From positions 800,001-864,000 of the forward strand of contig JBBCJC010000001.1 in assembly GCA_037189525.1 (NCBI GenBank): a stretch of DNA of 64,000 nucleotides. The letters are read 5' to 3'. Every line of letters starts with the position of its first letter. Position 1 is the stretch's first letter. This document shows, piece by piece, positions 17,878 through 27,571 of this stretch. Origin of the DNA: Gemmatimonadales bacterium. GTDB lineage: Bacteria > Gemmatimonadota > Gemmatimonadetes > Gemmatimonadales > GWC2-71-9. Made by a program: the position numbers and the translations under genes. The notes beneath the pieces were generated by a model. That model did not search any database. It had not been told where the DNA came from and saw nothing but the letters and a program-made list of their open reading frames with translations.

Positions 17878-19154
17878 ACGCCTATCTCGTCACCGCATCC
17901 GCGCTGCTGGTTCTGACTGCGCCAGGCGCCGCCGATGCCCAGGATCTGCGCCGCCGGATCGAGTCCGGACCGGACGGCATCGTCACGCTGAGCTACCCCG
18001 CACGCCCCGACGCCTGCGGTTACGGATTGTCCGTGCTGCGCATCGGCAGCCCCGGCGGCGGGTGGGTCTACTCGAACATCGAAGGCGCCGACGGCAACCG
18101 GTGCGATACGGGGCCGGCCATCGCGGTGATCAATCGCGCCGGCGGTTCGGTCTTCTCGATCCGGGTCGGGATCGGCCCGGTACCCGCGCAGGTTCGGGGG
18201 ACCGATCTGGGGACCGTACCAGCTGCGCAGGCCGCCGAGTACTTCCTTGGGCTGGCGGAACGAAGCGACGGCCGGTTGGGGCGGGACGCGCTGCTCGCCG
18301 GCGTGCTGGCGGACCACCGGGACAACGCGACCGGCCTGCTGCGGATTGCGCGCACCTCGACGCTCTCCCGCGGGCTCCGTGAAAGCGCACTGTCGTGGCT
18401 CGGCCGCGAACTGGCACTGGACGGCGCCGGCGCCAACCGCGCCCTGATCAGCGCGCTGGTGGCCATGGCCCGCAACGAGAACGAGGCCTCCTCGGTGCGC
18501 GCCCGCGCCGTCAACGCGCTCAGCCGAGCCGAAGGGGCCGCCACGTCCGAACTCACCGCGCTGGCTCGTGACGAATCGCGTGAGGTGGCCCGGGCGGCGC
18601 TGTCTGCCCTGAGCCGGAGCCCTGACCCCAAAGCGCGCGAAACGCTCCGGCAGACCGCGCGCGACCGTTCCCTGCCCGAAGCGGTACGGATCGAAGCGAT
18701 TCGGGGATTGGGCGGCCGGGACGGCACCCCCGCCGAGCTGGCTTTCGTTCGCGGGCTCTGGACCGAGGAATCGCTTGGTGCGGAGACTCGGCAGCGGATT
18801 TTGCAGCTGGCGGGAGAGGCCGGTGGCACCGACAACACCCGCTGGCTGATGGGCGTCGTCCGGGACGAACGCCAGAACGCCAACGTTCGTGGCCGAGCGA
18901 TTCGGGCAGCGGAGCAGGCGGGCGTCGGTTCGGATGAGCTGGTCAAGCTCTACGACCAGAGTGCCGACCGGACCCTCCGCCGGGCGGTACTCGACGCCTT
19001 GGGACGGATCGGCGACAAGCGTTCCGTTGAGCGGATCAAGACGATTGCGACCAACGATACCGATCCGCAACTCCGCCGGGCGGCCATCAACTGGATTGCC
19101 CGAAGCGGCGACTCCGATGCACGGGCAGCGTTGGCGGATCTGGTCGAGCGGTAA
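17874..19154 (+). CDS. Secreted HEAT-repeat protein
   Basis: Signal peptide ending ADA-Q; repeated VRxxAxxAL motifs; DTDPQLRRAAINW. Confidence 0.8.
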   Translation: MNAYLVTASALLVLTAPGAADAQDLRRRIESGPDGIVTLSYPARPDACGYGLSVLRIGSPGGGWVYSNIEGADGNRCDTGPAIAVINRAGGSVFSIRVGIGPVPAQVRGTDLGTVPAAQAAEYFLGLAERSDGRLGRDALLAGVLADHRDNATGLLRIARTSTLSRGLRESALSWLGRELALDGAGANRALISALVAMARNENEASSVRARAVNALSRAEGAATSELTALARDESREVARAALSALSRSPDPKARETLRQTARDRSLPEAVRIEAIRGLGGRDGTPAELAFVRGLWTEESLGAETRQRILQLAGEAGGTDNTRWLMGVVRDERQNANVRGRAIRAAEQAGVGSDELVKLYDQSADRTLRRAVLDALGRIGDKRSVERIKTIATNDTDPQLRRAAINWIARSGDSDARAALADLVER

Positions 19155-19173
19155 GCAGCAGTACTCGGTGAGC

Positions 19174-19211
19174 AGGGCGGCGAGGTCAGTAGACCTCGCC
19201 GCCCTTTTTTT
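19174..19211 (+). terminator. Intrinsic terminator after the HEAT-repeat operon
   Basis: AGGGCGGCGAGGTC-AGTA-GACCTCGCCGCCCT followed by a T run. Confidence 0.85.
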
Positions 19212-19214
19212 CGA

Positions 19215-20822
19215 CTACCGCCGCGTCATCGAAAGGACCTGGCCGAACTTGCCGTCGGTCCAGCGACCCCCATCCAGCGCCAGCTTACCCGCCACCAGAA
19301 TCGTCTCCATCCCCTCGGCCAGCTGGTGCGGATCGAGGTAGGTGGCGCGATCACGGACCCGATCGAAGTCGAAAACGACGACATCGGCAATCGCGCCGGG
19401 CCGAATCACGCCGCGATCGGTCAGATGCATCACGGTCGCCGGCAACGAGGTCATACTGCGGATGGCCCAGGCAAGATCGATGACGCGCCGCTCCTTGACG
19501 TAGCGGTGGATCTTGCGCGGGAAGGCACCGTTGTAACGCGGGTGCGGCCGACCCTCACCCGGCGCGGCCAAACCGCCGTCCGACGATGTCATGACCCACG
19601 GCTGCCGCATGAAGTTGGCGATGTCGGCCTCGTCCATCACGAAGTAGACCAGCTGTGCATTCCCACGCTCCAGCATATCGGTCACCACGACCTCCGCCGG
19701 CTTGCCGTACTTGGCCGCAGCCTCCGCGAGGGTGAGACCTTCGAGCGACTCGTCGAACGACACCCGGCTGAACTGCATCTTGTCGGCGCCGCCCAGGCGC
19801 GCGATGCCAGCCACCGCCGCCGCGCGAATCCGGACCAGCGTGTCGGGGTTGCGAAGCCGCTCGAGCATCCGGGTCCGTCCGCCCTCGACCACCCAGCGGG
19901 GCAACACATTCGCGGCCAGGCTGGTGCTGGTCGCTTCGTAGGGATACTGATCGGCAAAGATCTGGACTCCACGTGTCCGCGCCCGCTCGATTCGCCGGAT
20001 GGCACCTTCCGACAACCCGTACGCCGCCTCCACCGCCGACTTGATGTGGGTCACCACCCCGATCAGCTTGGCCTCCTCGGCCACCTGAATCAGTTCGTCG
20101 ATTGCCTCGAACAGCTTCTCGCTCTCGTCGCGGATGTGGCTGGTGTAGACCCCGCCGTATTCGGCCACGATCTTGGAGAGTTCGACGAACTCCTCCGTCT
20201 TGGAGAAACTAGAGGGCGCATAGTACGGACCGCTCGACATGCCGAACGCGCCCGCCTCCATGCCCGCGCGGACGATCGCCTTCATCCGCTCCATTTCCTG
20301 CGGCGTCGGATCACGCGCATCCTGACCCACCACCTCGCCGCGTAACGAGTTGTGCGGCACCAGGAGCGCCACGTTCACGCCAAGCCCGTTCCGAGACAGC
20401 TCGGCACGCTGCGCCACGAGGTCGGTCGGCCCACCACCATCGGGATTGACCATGACGGTCGTCACGCCCTGGGCCAACAGCTGACGAGCGCCACTCAATT
20501 CCGGCCGCGCCAAGCCGCCGGCCGAGTGCGAGTGCACGTCGATGAACCCGGGCGAGACGTACCGGCCCGTCGCATCGATGACGCGTGCTGCCGTCGCGTT
20601 CCGCAACGACCCCACCGCGACGATGCGTCCGTCACGTATCCCCACATCGGCGAAATACCACGGGTTACCCGTTCCATCGAGCAACCGCCCGTTGCGAATC
20701 AGGACATCGAACCGCTCCGGCGACTGGGCGCTCACCGGCAGGGCGAGACATCCCAGCATTCCAATCCAGACGACACACCGGAGTACCGGTGAATAACGAC
20801 GAAACTCGGTCGACCCGAACAT
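19215..20822 (-). CDS. N-acyl-D-amino-acid deacylase (D-aminoacylase family amidohydrolase), secreted
   Basis: DGTGNPW, PGFIDVHSHS, SHIRDE, YPYEATST, HPRYNGAFPR. Start uncertain; ATG 20822 has a GAGG RBS. Confidence 0.88.
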   Translation of the reverse strand: MFGSTEFRRYSPVLRCVVWIGMLGCLALPVSAQSPERFDVLIRNGRLLDGTGNPWYFADVGIRDGRIVAVGSLRNATAARVIDATGRYVSPGFIDVHSHSAGGLARPELSGARQLLAQGVTTVMVNPDGGGPTDLVAQRAELSRNGLGVNVALLVPHNSLRGEVVGQDARDPTPQEMERMKAIVRAGMEAGAFGMSSGPYYAPSSFSKTEEFVELSKIVAEYGGVYTSHIRDESEKLFEAIDELIQVAEEAKLIGVVTHIKSAVEAAYGLSEGAIRRIERARTRGVQIFADQYPYEATSTSLAANVLPRWVVEGGRTRMLERLRNPDTLVRIRAAAVAGIARLGGADKMQFSRVSFDESLEGLTLAEAAAKYGKPAEVVVTDMLERGNAQLVYFVMDEADIANFMRQPWVMTSSDGGLAAPGEGRPHPRYNGAFPRKIHRYVKERRVIDLAWAIRSMTSLPATVMHLTDRGVIRPGAIADVVVFDFDRVRDRATYLDPHQLAEGMETILVAGKLALDGGRWTDGKFGQVLSMTRR

Positions 20823-21042
20823 CGAAAACCTCGAGTGATAAGGACATGATGCGCCGACGTGGCGTCGACACGAGGTCACGGCAGATGAAGACAGGAATGT
20901 TCGGCACGATGCCCGTCAGACGCAATACCAGACATGACCGGAAGCGCGGCCCCCGCCCCCTGCGCGACATCCGCGCTCAGCGCTACATTGAGACCATGAG
21001 TCCCACCATGCTTGCCGGCCGCAACGCCGATCCCGGCGCTCG

Positions 21043-22224
21043 GTGATACCGCAGCTGGCGCGCCAAACCCGCCTCTCGATCTGGGCGATTGCCCTGGCCG
21101 GCTGCCTGCCGGGCCGGGCGTCGGTCATCCCGCAGGCTAACGCAAGCTGGGCAGGGGCCGAAAGCGTACGGAGTGATACGCTCGGAGCCGGACTCGTCCT
21201 CCACACCCTCCAGATCAGCCGAGGACCCTGGGCGATCCATCTGCTCGAGGCAGACCGTGCTTCGTGCTGGTCTCCGGTTGCCGTGAAAGCGGGGGGCCAG
21301 GCGGTCGGCCGAGCGTCTACTTCGAGCCTGCTGCGCACACTTGCGGATACGCTGCCGGACCCGGTGGGAGGCGCGGTCAACGCCGACTTCTTCAGCTTCG
21401 AGCCGCCTGGGATCCCGCGGGGGGCCCATATCAACGACGGCCGGTTGATTTCCGGACCGGACCTCAACCGGCCAGTCGTCGCATTCGATCGGGATGGCCG
21501 GACCTGGATGGGCGTCCTGGGCACTGCGGGATTTCTCCGGTCGGCGGGCGATTCGATTCCGATTGCCGGCTGGAATCAGCGACGCGCTCCCGGCATCCGC
21601 TTCTTCGACGGCCGGTGGGGCGGCGTGACCGACTCGGCGGCTCACGTGCTGGAGCTTGCCGTCGACTCGTCAGGCCGAATCGTCACCATCGATACCACCA
21701 GCGCCGGCACCCGAATCCCGGCGGGCGGCAGCGTCGTCGTCATCGATCAGACCGACAGCTCGACCCATGCGCAGCGAGCTAGAGCCCTTCGCATCGGCGA
21801 TACCGTCACCTGGCGGATTGCCCTGGCGCCGTTCACGCCAGTCGTTGCCGTGGGTGGACTACCAGTCCTGCTGGCCGATAGCGTTACGACGCCGGGACTC
21901 GACAGCGTGGGCGGCGCCAATTTCGGTCCGGTCCGCCACCCGCGCACGGCGGTGGCCGTTCGGGGCGATCGCCGGCGGCTTCTCCTCGTGACTGTGGATG
22001 GACGTCAGCCCGGATACAGCGAAGGGATGACGCTGGTGGAACTGGCCGGCTTTCTGAGAGCGATCGGTGCGACCGATGCAATTAATCTGGACGGCGGCGG
22101 ATCGACGACGATGGCCGTTCGCCGCTCCGACGGTTCGGTTGCCGTCGTCAATCGTCCCTCCGACCGCACCGGCGAACGCGCGGTCGCCAACGCGCTGGCG
22201 CTGGTCAGGCGCTGCCGTCCGTAG
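21043..22224 (+). CDS. Phosphodiester glycosidase (NAGPA) family exported protein
   Basis: AVNADFF, RHPRTAVA, VTVDGRQ, AINLDGGGST, NRPSD...ERAVANAL. Confidence 0.88.
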   Translation: MIPQLARQTRLSIWAIALAGCLPGRASVIPQANASWAGAESVRSDTLGAGLVLHTLQISRGPWAIHLLEADRASCWSPVAVKAGGQAVGRASTSSLLRTLADTLPDPVGGAVNADFFSFEPPGIPRGAHINDGRLISGPDLNRPVVAFDRDGRTWMGVLGTAGFLRSAGDSIPIAGWNQRRAPGIRFFDGRWGGVTDSAAHVLELAVDSSGRIVTIDTTSAGTRIPAGGSVVVIDQTDSSTHAQRARALRIGDTVTWRIALAPFTPVVAVGGLPVLLADSVTTPGLDSVGGANFGPVRHPRTAVAVRGDRRRLLLVTVDGRQPGYSEGMTLVELAGFLRAIGATDAINLDGGGSTTMAVRRSDGSVAVVNRPSDRTGERAVANALALVRRCRP

Positions 22225-22816
22225 CAACCGTCTCCCGATCGACCCCCAGTTGGTCCGCAGCCTGGTCGAGGCGCTCGAGCCGGCCGCGGGCCCGCCGATC
22301 GACCCAGATGGCCCAGATCACGGCGCCGACGACGACCACAGCGGAAGGCACCCACCAGAGGGCAAACGGGGGAGGCCGGCGGATGGCCGGGTCGCGCACC
22401 AGCACCCAGACCGTGAAGAGGATGCCTTCCACCGCCAGAAGCCAGAGCGTGAAACGAGCCGCGCGACGTTCGCGCCGGCACCGCTCGCGCGCCAGGACCA
22501 GATAGTCCCGCATCGTTGCCCCAAGCGGCGACCAGACTCCGGCGCGATTCCTGAGACTAAAGCCCCAGATCACGACCGAATGGAGGATGGTGACACCGAG
22601 GATCGTCCCGGCGGCCAATGGGGGGAAGTTCCGCACCGTCCATGCGGTGGCGACGAGCACCACCACCGTTATGACGACCTCGAACCCCAGGAGCCAGCGC
22701 ATCAAGCGGCTCTGCCGTTCGACCATGCGGCGAACCCATCGGGCGGGAGCATCCTCGCCCACAGTACCCCAGGTTCGGGACCACTGCTGCCACTCCAGAT
22801 CACCGAGCGACGTCAT
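22205..22816 (-). CDS. Multi-TM membrane protein, putative anti-sigma factor
   Basis: Coupled downstream of an ECF sigma gene; WQQW N-terminus and four hydrophobic segments. Confidence 0.65.
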   Translation of the reverse strand: MTSLGDLEWQQWSRTWGTVGEDAPARWVRRMVERQSRLMRWLLGFEVVITVVVLVATAWTVRNFPPLAAGTILGVTILHSVVIWGFSLRNRAGVWSPLGATMRDYLVLARERCRRERRAARFTLWLLAVEGILFTVWVLVRDPAIRRPPPFALWWVPSAVVVVGAVIWAIWVDRRARGRLERLDQAADQLGVDRETVATDGSA

Positions 22817-23310
22817 TCTTCACCTCCCGAGGCGCCAAGCAGCAGTCGCAGTTCCTTGCGAGCGCGAGACAGTCGAACGGCCACGTTGTTCTCCGATATT
22901 CCCAACACCTCGCCGATCTCGGCGTGGCTCAACCCTTCGAGGCTGAGCAGCACGACCTGTCGGTGTCCATCACCGAGTTGGCGAATGGCGTCGAGCAACC
23001 GATCGCGCTCGGACGCCGCCACCGCCATCGCGTCGGGACCGGGCCGTTCGTCGCGGGCCGCACCGTCGAGTTCGACCGGATCGGGACGTCGCCTGCTCCG
23101 GTAGGTCAGCCCGCGATTGTGGCCGATCCGAAAGGCATAGGTCCGTTCACTGCAGTCGCCCCGAAAGGTCGGGAGCGAACGCCAGATGGCAAAGCAGATA
23201 TCCTGAAACAGGTCGTCGCCATCAGCCGCCGTACGGCCATAGGCAAGCGCCAAGCGGCGCAACGCCGGACCGTGCAGCCGGATGATGCGTTCGAATTGCG
23301 GCTCGCCCAT
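22813..23310 (-). CDS. ECF RNA polymerase sigma factor
   Basis: DLFQDICFAIWRSLPTFRGDCSERT, LEGLSHAEIGEVLGISENNVAVRLSRAR. Confidence 0.92.
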   Translation of the reverse strand: MGEPQFERIIRLHGPALRRLALAYGRTAADGDDLFQDICFAIWRSLPTFRGDCSERTYAFRIGHNRGLTYRSRRRPDPVELDGAARDERPGPDAMAVAASERDRLLDAIRQLGDGHRQVVLLSLEGLSHAEIGEVLGISENNVAVRLSRARKELRLLLGASGGEE

Positions 23311-23468
23311 TAGAGAGGTAGTCCCCGCCGACCGGAAAAGCTGTCAGGTCGGGCCGTGTGGCCGCCCGTTGCACCAGCGCCAAACGCCCGAGATCTTTGA
23401 CGGGCAGACCCAGGAATGATGCGAACGGTACCCGGTTCTCCACCCCAGTCAAACCGGAGCGATTGTCG

Positions 23469-23855
23469 ATGTCGAACGTCGATCTGCAGGAAGCCACGTT
23501 GGGACAGGTAGCCATTCGGGTCCACGATGTCGGCCGCGCAACCGCCTTTTACCGGGACCAGCTGGGCCTGCCGCTCCTGTTCGAGTTCACCGGACTGGCC
23601 TTCTTCCGCTGCGGCGATGTCCGGCTGATGCTCTCGACCGCCGAGAAACCGGAATTCGACCATCCCGCGTCGATCCTGTACTATCGCGTCCCTGATGTGG
23701 AGGCCAGCTACGCGGAACTCTCCGGACGCGGCGTCGAATTCATCGATACGCCCCATGTGATCCACCGGACCCCTGCATCCGAGCTGTGGATGGCGTTCTT
23801 CCGCGATTCCGAGGGCAACCACGCCGCGCTGATGGCGGAGAAGGCGGTCAGCTGA
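23469..23855 (+). CDS. VOC/glyoxalase family protein
   Basis: LGQVAIRVHDVGRATAFYRDQLGL, WMAFFRDSEGN. Confidence 0.9.
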   Translation: MSNVDLQEATLGQVAIRVHDVGRATAFYRDQLGLPLLFEFTGLAFFRCGDVRLMLSTAEKPEFDHPASILYYRVPDVEASYAELSGRGVEFIDTPHVIHRTPASELWMAFFRDSEGNHAALMAEKAVS

Positions 23856-24005
23856 CCGGACGGGCGGAACCGGCCGAGTCGCGTCGCTATGTCCCGCCGA
23901 CGCTGGTGGCACGGATGGAGCGGGCGGGGGCGAACGAACCGATCGATCAGCGTCACGACAAGGGCCCGCCTACTTTTTGACTGCGCCCATCAACGGTGAG
24001 TCCCA

Positions 24006-24380
24006 ATGAGCGACACGAGGCGTCACCACCGCACACCCGCAGTCCGAGCCCTGGCAATCGCAGTCGCGCTGCTCGCGGGCACCGCCGTCCTGCTGCAACT
24101 CGGCCTGTCGATCAGACTGGCCCAATCCAACGGACGCTCGATCGGCTGGGGTGTGGTGACCTATCTCGGGTACTTCACCATTCTGACCAACCTGCTGGTG
24201 ACCGCTGCGGCGGCGCTGCCGATCGCAGTGCCCGAGACACGGCCGGGGCGCTTCTTCGCCAGGCCGAGCGTTGCCACGGCGGTCGCGGCGGCCATCCTGC
24301 TGGTGGGAATCGCATCCTTGCTCGTGCTGCTCGGCCGGCTGCGCGACCGACACCTGAACGGACCCAGGTCCTTGGCTTAG
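24006..24380 (+). pseudogene. Short or internally deleted Pr6Pr-like membrane protein
   Basis: YFTILTNLLV N-terminal signature but only 124 aa; the later conserved His/Pro-containing segments seem to be missing. Confidence 0.45.
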
Positions 24381-27091
24381 TCTGAGCGCAGCGCCACGAC
24401 CGGATCGATGGCCGCCGCGCGCATGGCGGGGCGCAGACTGGCAACCACCGCCACCGCCGCCAGAACGGCAACTACGGCAATCAGCGTAACCGGATCGTTC
24501 GGCGCGACCCCGACGAGGAAGCTGGCCAGCAGACGACCCATCACCAGCGTACCAAGCAGACCGATGCCGATCCCGGCGGCAACCACCATCAGCGATTGCC
24601 GGACCACGGTCCGTCGGACCGACCCGGCGGGAGCTCCGATCGCGATCCGCACTCCGATTTCTCTGGTGCGGCGCGCTACGGTATAGGCAATCACCCCGTA
24701 GAGTCCGATCACACTGAGAAAGAGCGCAGCTGCCGCTGAAATGCCGAGCAGCAGCATCAGGACGCTGACACGGCGCATCGATGCGGTCACGATGTCGTCC
24801 ATGGTGCGAGGATTTTCCACCGCGGCGCCGGGGTCGATTTCGCGCACCAGTCGCCGTATTTCGGGCATGACGGCCAGCGGACTCCCGCCGCTGACTTTGA
24901 CGATCAGACGCATCCGCGCAGGCGGAGACCACAGCCAGGTACCCGGGATGGCCTCGATGGGGAAGTACCCCACTTCCACGGGCAGCCGATCGAGTCCCTC
25001 CCAGCGAAGATCCTGCGTCATGCCGACGACGCGATACATCGCGCCAGTGCGTGGCGACGGACCATTGACGGCCCGGTCGAGCACCCGACCATCGGGAAAG
25101 ATCCGGCGCGCCAGGGCATCCGAGATCAGCATGCCGCCGGTTTTTCCGTCGATGTCCGCCCAGGTCAAGTCCCGTCCGTCGAGCTTGATCCCGAGCGCCG
25201 TGAAATATCCCGGTCCCACGATGGCGTTGAGGATGCAGGCTACGTTGGTACTCGGATCGCGGTCGGGGTAGTCGAAGACCGAGCAACCGTCTTCGGCCTC
25301 GAGCGGCACTACGCTGCCGACACTCGCCACCTGGATCGAAGGCAACTCCTCGAGCCGCTGAGTCAGCAGGCGATAAAACTCGGTGGTCCGGTCGTAGGTG
25401 CGATACTCGTTGAAGGGTAGCGCCAGGTCCGCAACCATCACGCCGGAGGGATCGAATCCGGGATTCACGTTGCGAAGCGATTGCAGACTTCGGATCAGGA
25501 GGCCCGCCGCCGCCAGCAGCACCATGGCAACGGCCACCTGCGTCACGACGAGCAGGTGACGGGTCGCGTTCTCGCGTCGCGAGGGCGTGGTACCCTGCGC
25601 CGCCCGCACGGCCTCGCCGCCTTTGGGGTCGATGGTGAACTGAATCACGACGAACGCGAGACCGGCCAACAACGCGACCGCCGCGGCAAACCCGACCCCA
25701 TGCCCGTCGAGTACCACCTCGGTCAGCCGAGGCAGCGTCACACCGCCCGGGCCCGCCCCGTTCGGCAGGCCAGCGACCAGCATCCTGAGGCCACCCCAGG
25801 CGAGACCCAGGCCGACCAGAAGGCCGGCTCCGGCAACCAGAATCGCTTCCGCAAAGTGATGCCAGGCGAGTTGCCGGCGATTGGCCCCCAAGAGCGCCCG
25901 AACCGCCACCTCACGCCGCAGCGTCTGACTCCGGACCAGGAACAGGTTGGCCACGTTGGCCGCCGCGATCAGCAGGACCAGGATCGATGCGGCGAAGAGC
26001 ACCCAGAGCGTCCGCGGCGCCTCGCCGACCACGGTGTCCTTCCAGGGCACGGCGCGGGTCGTGAAACCGGTGTTCTCCATGAAGCGCTGCGAGTACACCG
26101 TGGGAAAGCGGTCGATATAGCCGGCCGCCAGCGCGGCGAGTTCTCGCGAGACCGTCTCCGGTGTGGCGCCTTCGGTAAGCCGCGCAATGGCGCGATAGAC
26201 GTGGCTGTTATGCGGTGGTCCGCCCGGCTGATACCGCTGGGGTACCCAGAGGTCGACCGGCCAGTCCGGAAGCGCGACGTTACCGGCAACCACGCCGACG
26301 ATCTCCGCCGTCGCTCCTTCGATCCGGATCGAGGCCCCCACCACGTCGGGCGCACCTCCGAATCGACTGCGCCAGTACGGCTCGCTGAGCACGACGACGG
26401 TCGGTGACGCCACGTCATTGTCGCTCTCGACCAGCAAGCGGCCCAGAAGGGGCGACGCGCCGAGCAGCGGGAGGGCGCCGGCCGATACCATGCCGGCGTT
26501 GATGCGGTTGGCCTGATCATCGATCGAGACGGTCAGCCGTTGGTTGCCGTAGAGCGCCACGACGGCGAGGCTCCTGGCTTCCCGCTGGAACAGCTCGAAC
26601 TCCGCAATCGAAATATTCCACTCGTGTCCCGGGCCGATCTTGGGCACCGGGTGCATGATGCGAACCAGGCGATCGGCGGCCGGATACGGCAGCGGGCGGA
26701 GCACGATGGCGTCGAGCACCGTGAAGACCGCCACGCTGGCGGCAATCCCGACCGCGAGCGTCATCACAGCCACGAGACTGAAGCTCGGAGTGCGGCGCAA
26801 CGATCGCCAGGCGCGGCGTATCTCCTGCCGAGCAACCGTAAACGACTCCCGCCGCTGATCGCTGCGGCGATGGGAACGATCTTCGCGATGGGCCTCCCGC
26901 CGGTAGCGCGTCACGTCGCCGAAACGCTGCCGAGCCTGGGCTTCCGCTTGCTCCGGTGTCATCCCGGCGGCCAGATTGGCCTCGATCTGCGCTTCGAGAT
27001 GGTGGGTCATCTCATCCTGAAGGTCGGCGTCGACATCGCCCCGACGCACGAGGTCCCGCAACGGCTGGTACTTGTCCGGAAGCCATCCCAT
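24377..27091 (-). CDS. ADOP-type duplicated ABC permease with N-terminal permease prefix domain
   Basis: DADLQDEMTHHLE...GMTPEQAEAQARQRFG prefix, LRPLPYPAADRLV, RTREIGVRIAIGA, IDPVVALRSD. Confidence 0.9.
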   Translation of the reverse strand: MGWLPDKYQPLRDLVRRGDVDADLQDEMTHHLEAQIEANLAAGMTPEQAEAQARQRFGDVTRYRREAHREDRSHRRSDQRRESFTVARQEIRRAWRSLRRTPSFSLVAVMTLAVGIAASVAVFTVLDAIVLRPLPYPAADRLVRIMHPVPKIGPGHEWNISIAEFELFQREARSLAVVALYGNQRLTVSIDDQANRINAGMVSAGALPLLGASPLLGRLLVESDNDVASPTVVVLSEPYWRSRFGGAPDVVGASIRIEGATAEIVGVVAGNVALPDWPVDLWVPQRYQPGGPPHNSHVYRAIARLTEGATPETVSRELAALAAGYIDRFPTVYSQRFMENTGFTTRAVPWKDTVVGEAPRTLWVLFAASILVLLIAAANVANLFLVRSQTLRREVAVRALLGANRRQLAWHHFAEAILVAGAGLLVGLGLAWGGLRMLVAGLPNGAGPGGVTLPRLTEVVLDGHGVGFAAAVALLAGLAFVVIQFTIDPKGGEAVRAAQGTTPSRRENATRHLLVVTQVAVAMVLLAAAGLLIRSLQSLRNVNPGFDPSGVMVADLALPFNEYRTYDRTTEFYRLLTQRLEELPSIQVASVGSVVPLEAEDGCSVFDYPDRDPSTNVACILNAIVGPGYFTALGIKLDGRDLTWADIDGKTGGMLISDALARRIFPDGRVLDRAVNGPSPRTGAMYRVVGMTQDLRWEGLDRLPVEVGYFPIEAIPGTWLWSPPARMRLIVKVSGGSPLAVMPEIRRLVREIDPGAAVENPRTMDDIVTASMRRVSVLMLLLGISAAAALFLSVIGLYGVIAYTVARRTREIGVRIAIGAPAGSVRRTVVRQSLMVVAAGIGIGLLGTLVMGRLLASFLVGVAPNDPVTLIAVVAVLAAVAVVASLRPAMRAAAIDPVVALRSD

Positions 27092-27106
27092 GGTCTCGCT
27101 CCTGGT

Positions 27107-27445
27107 TTACGCCGATCGACCCGGTTCACTCGCCATGACCAGCCCGACCACCTGAGTAAATCGGTTCCAGTTCCGGCTCTCGGTGGACAGCTGCTCCCGC
27201 CCCGCCGGCGTCAGTTCGTAGTACCGGGCCCGGCGCTTGTTGGCCGTGATGCCCCATTGCGCCCGGAGCCACCCCTTTCGGGTCATCCGGTGGAGCGCCG
27301 GATAGAGCGACCCCTCCTCGATGACCAGGGCGTCCCCGGTCCGCGCCTCGATCCAGCGCGCCACCCCGAAACCATGATTCGGGCCCCAGGACAGGGCCTT
27401 CAGAATCAGCATGTCGAGCGTACCCTGCAGTAGATCCAGGCTCAT
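27107..27445 (-). CDS. PadR family transcriptional regulator (ADOP-associated type)
   Basis: LLQGTLDMLILKAL, HGFGVARWI, EEGSLYPALHR, RRARYYELTPAGR. Confidence 0.95.
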   Translation of the reverse strand: MSLDLLQGTLDMLILKALSWGPNHGFGVARWIEARTGDALVIEEGSLYPALHRMTRKGWLRAQWGITANKRRARYYELTPAGREQLSTESRNWNRFTQVVGLVMASEPGRSA

Positions 27446-27460
27446 TGGCGACCTCCATTA

Positions 27461-27477
27461 CCATAGACACTCTATGG
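27461..27477. promoter_or_regulatory. Palindromic operator, probably bound by PadR
   Basis: Perfect CCATAGA-CAC-TCTATGG 15 nt upstream of the padR start. Confidence 0.6.
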
Positions 27478-27571
27478 AAACGGAACGTTGCAATCCCAGG
27501 TTTCAACCCTGCCCCCTGCCCCGTCGCCCCGGCACTATCTTCTCCGAATCCCACGACTCGGGGGGCGCGCG

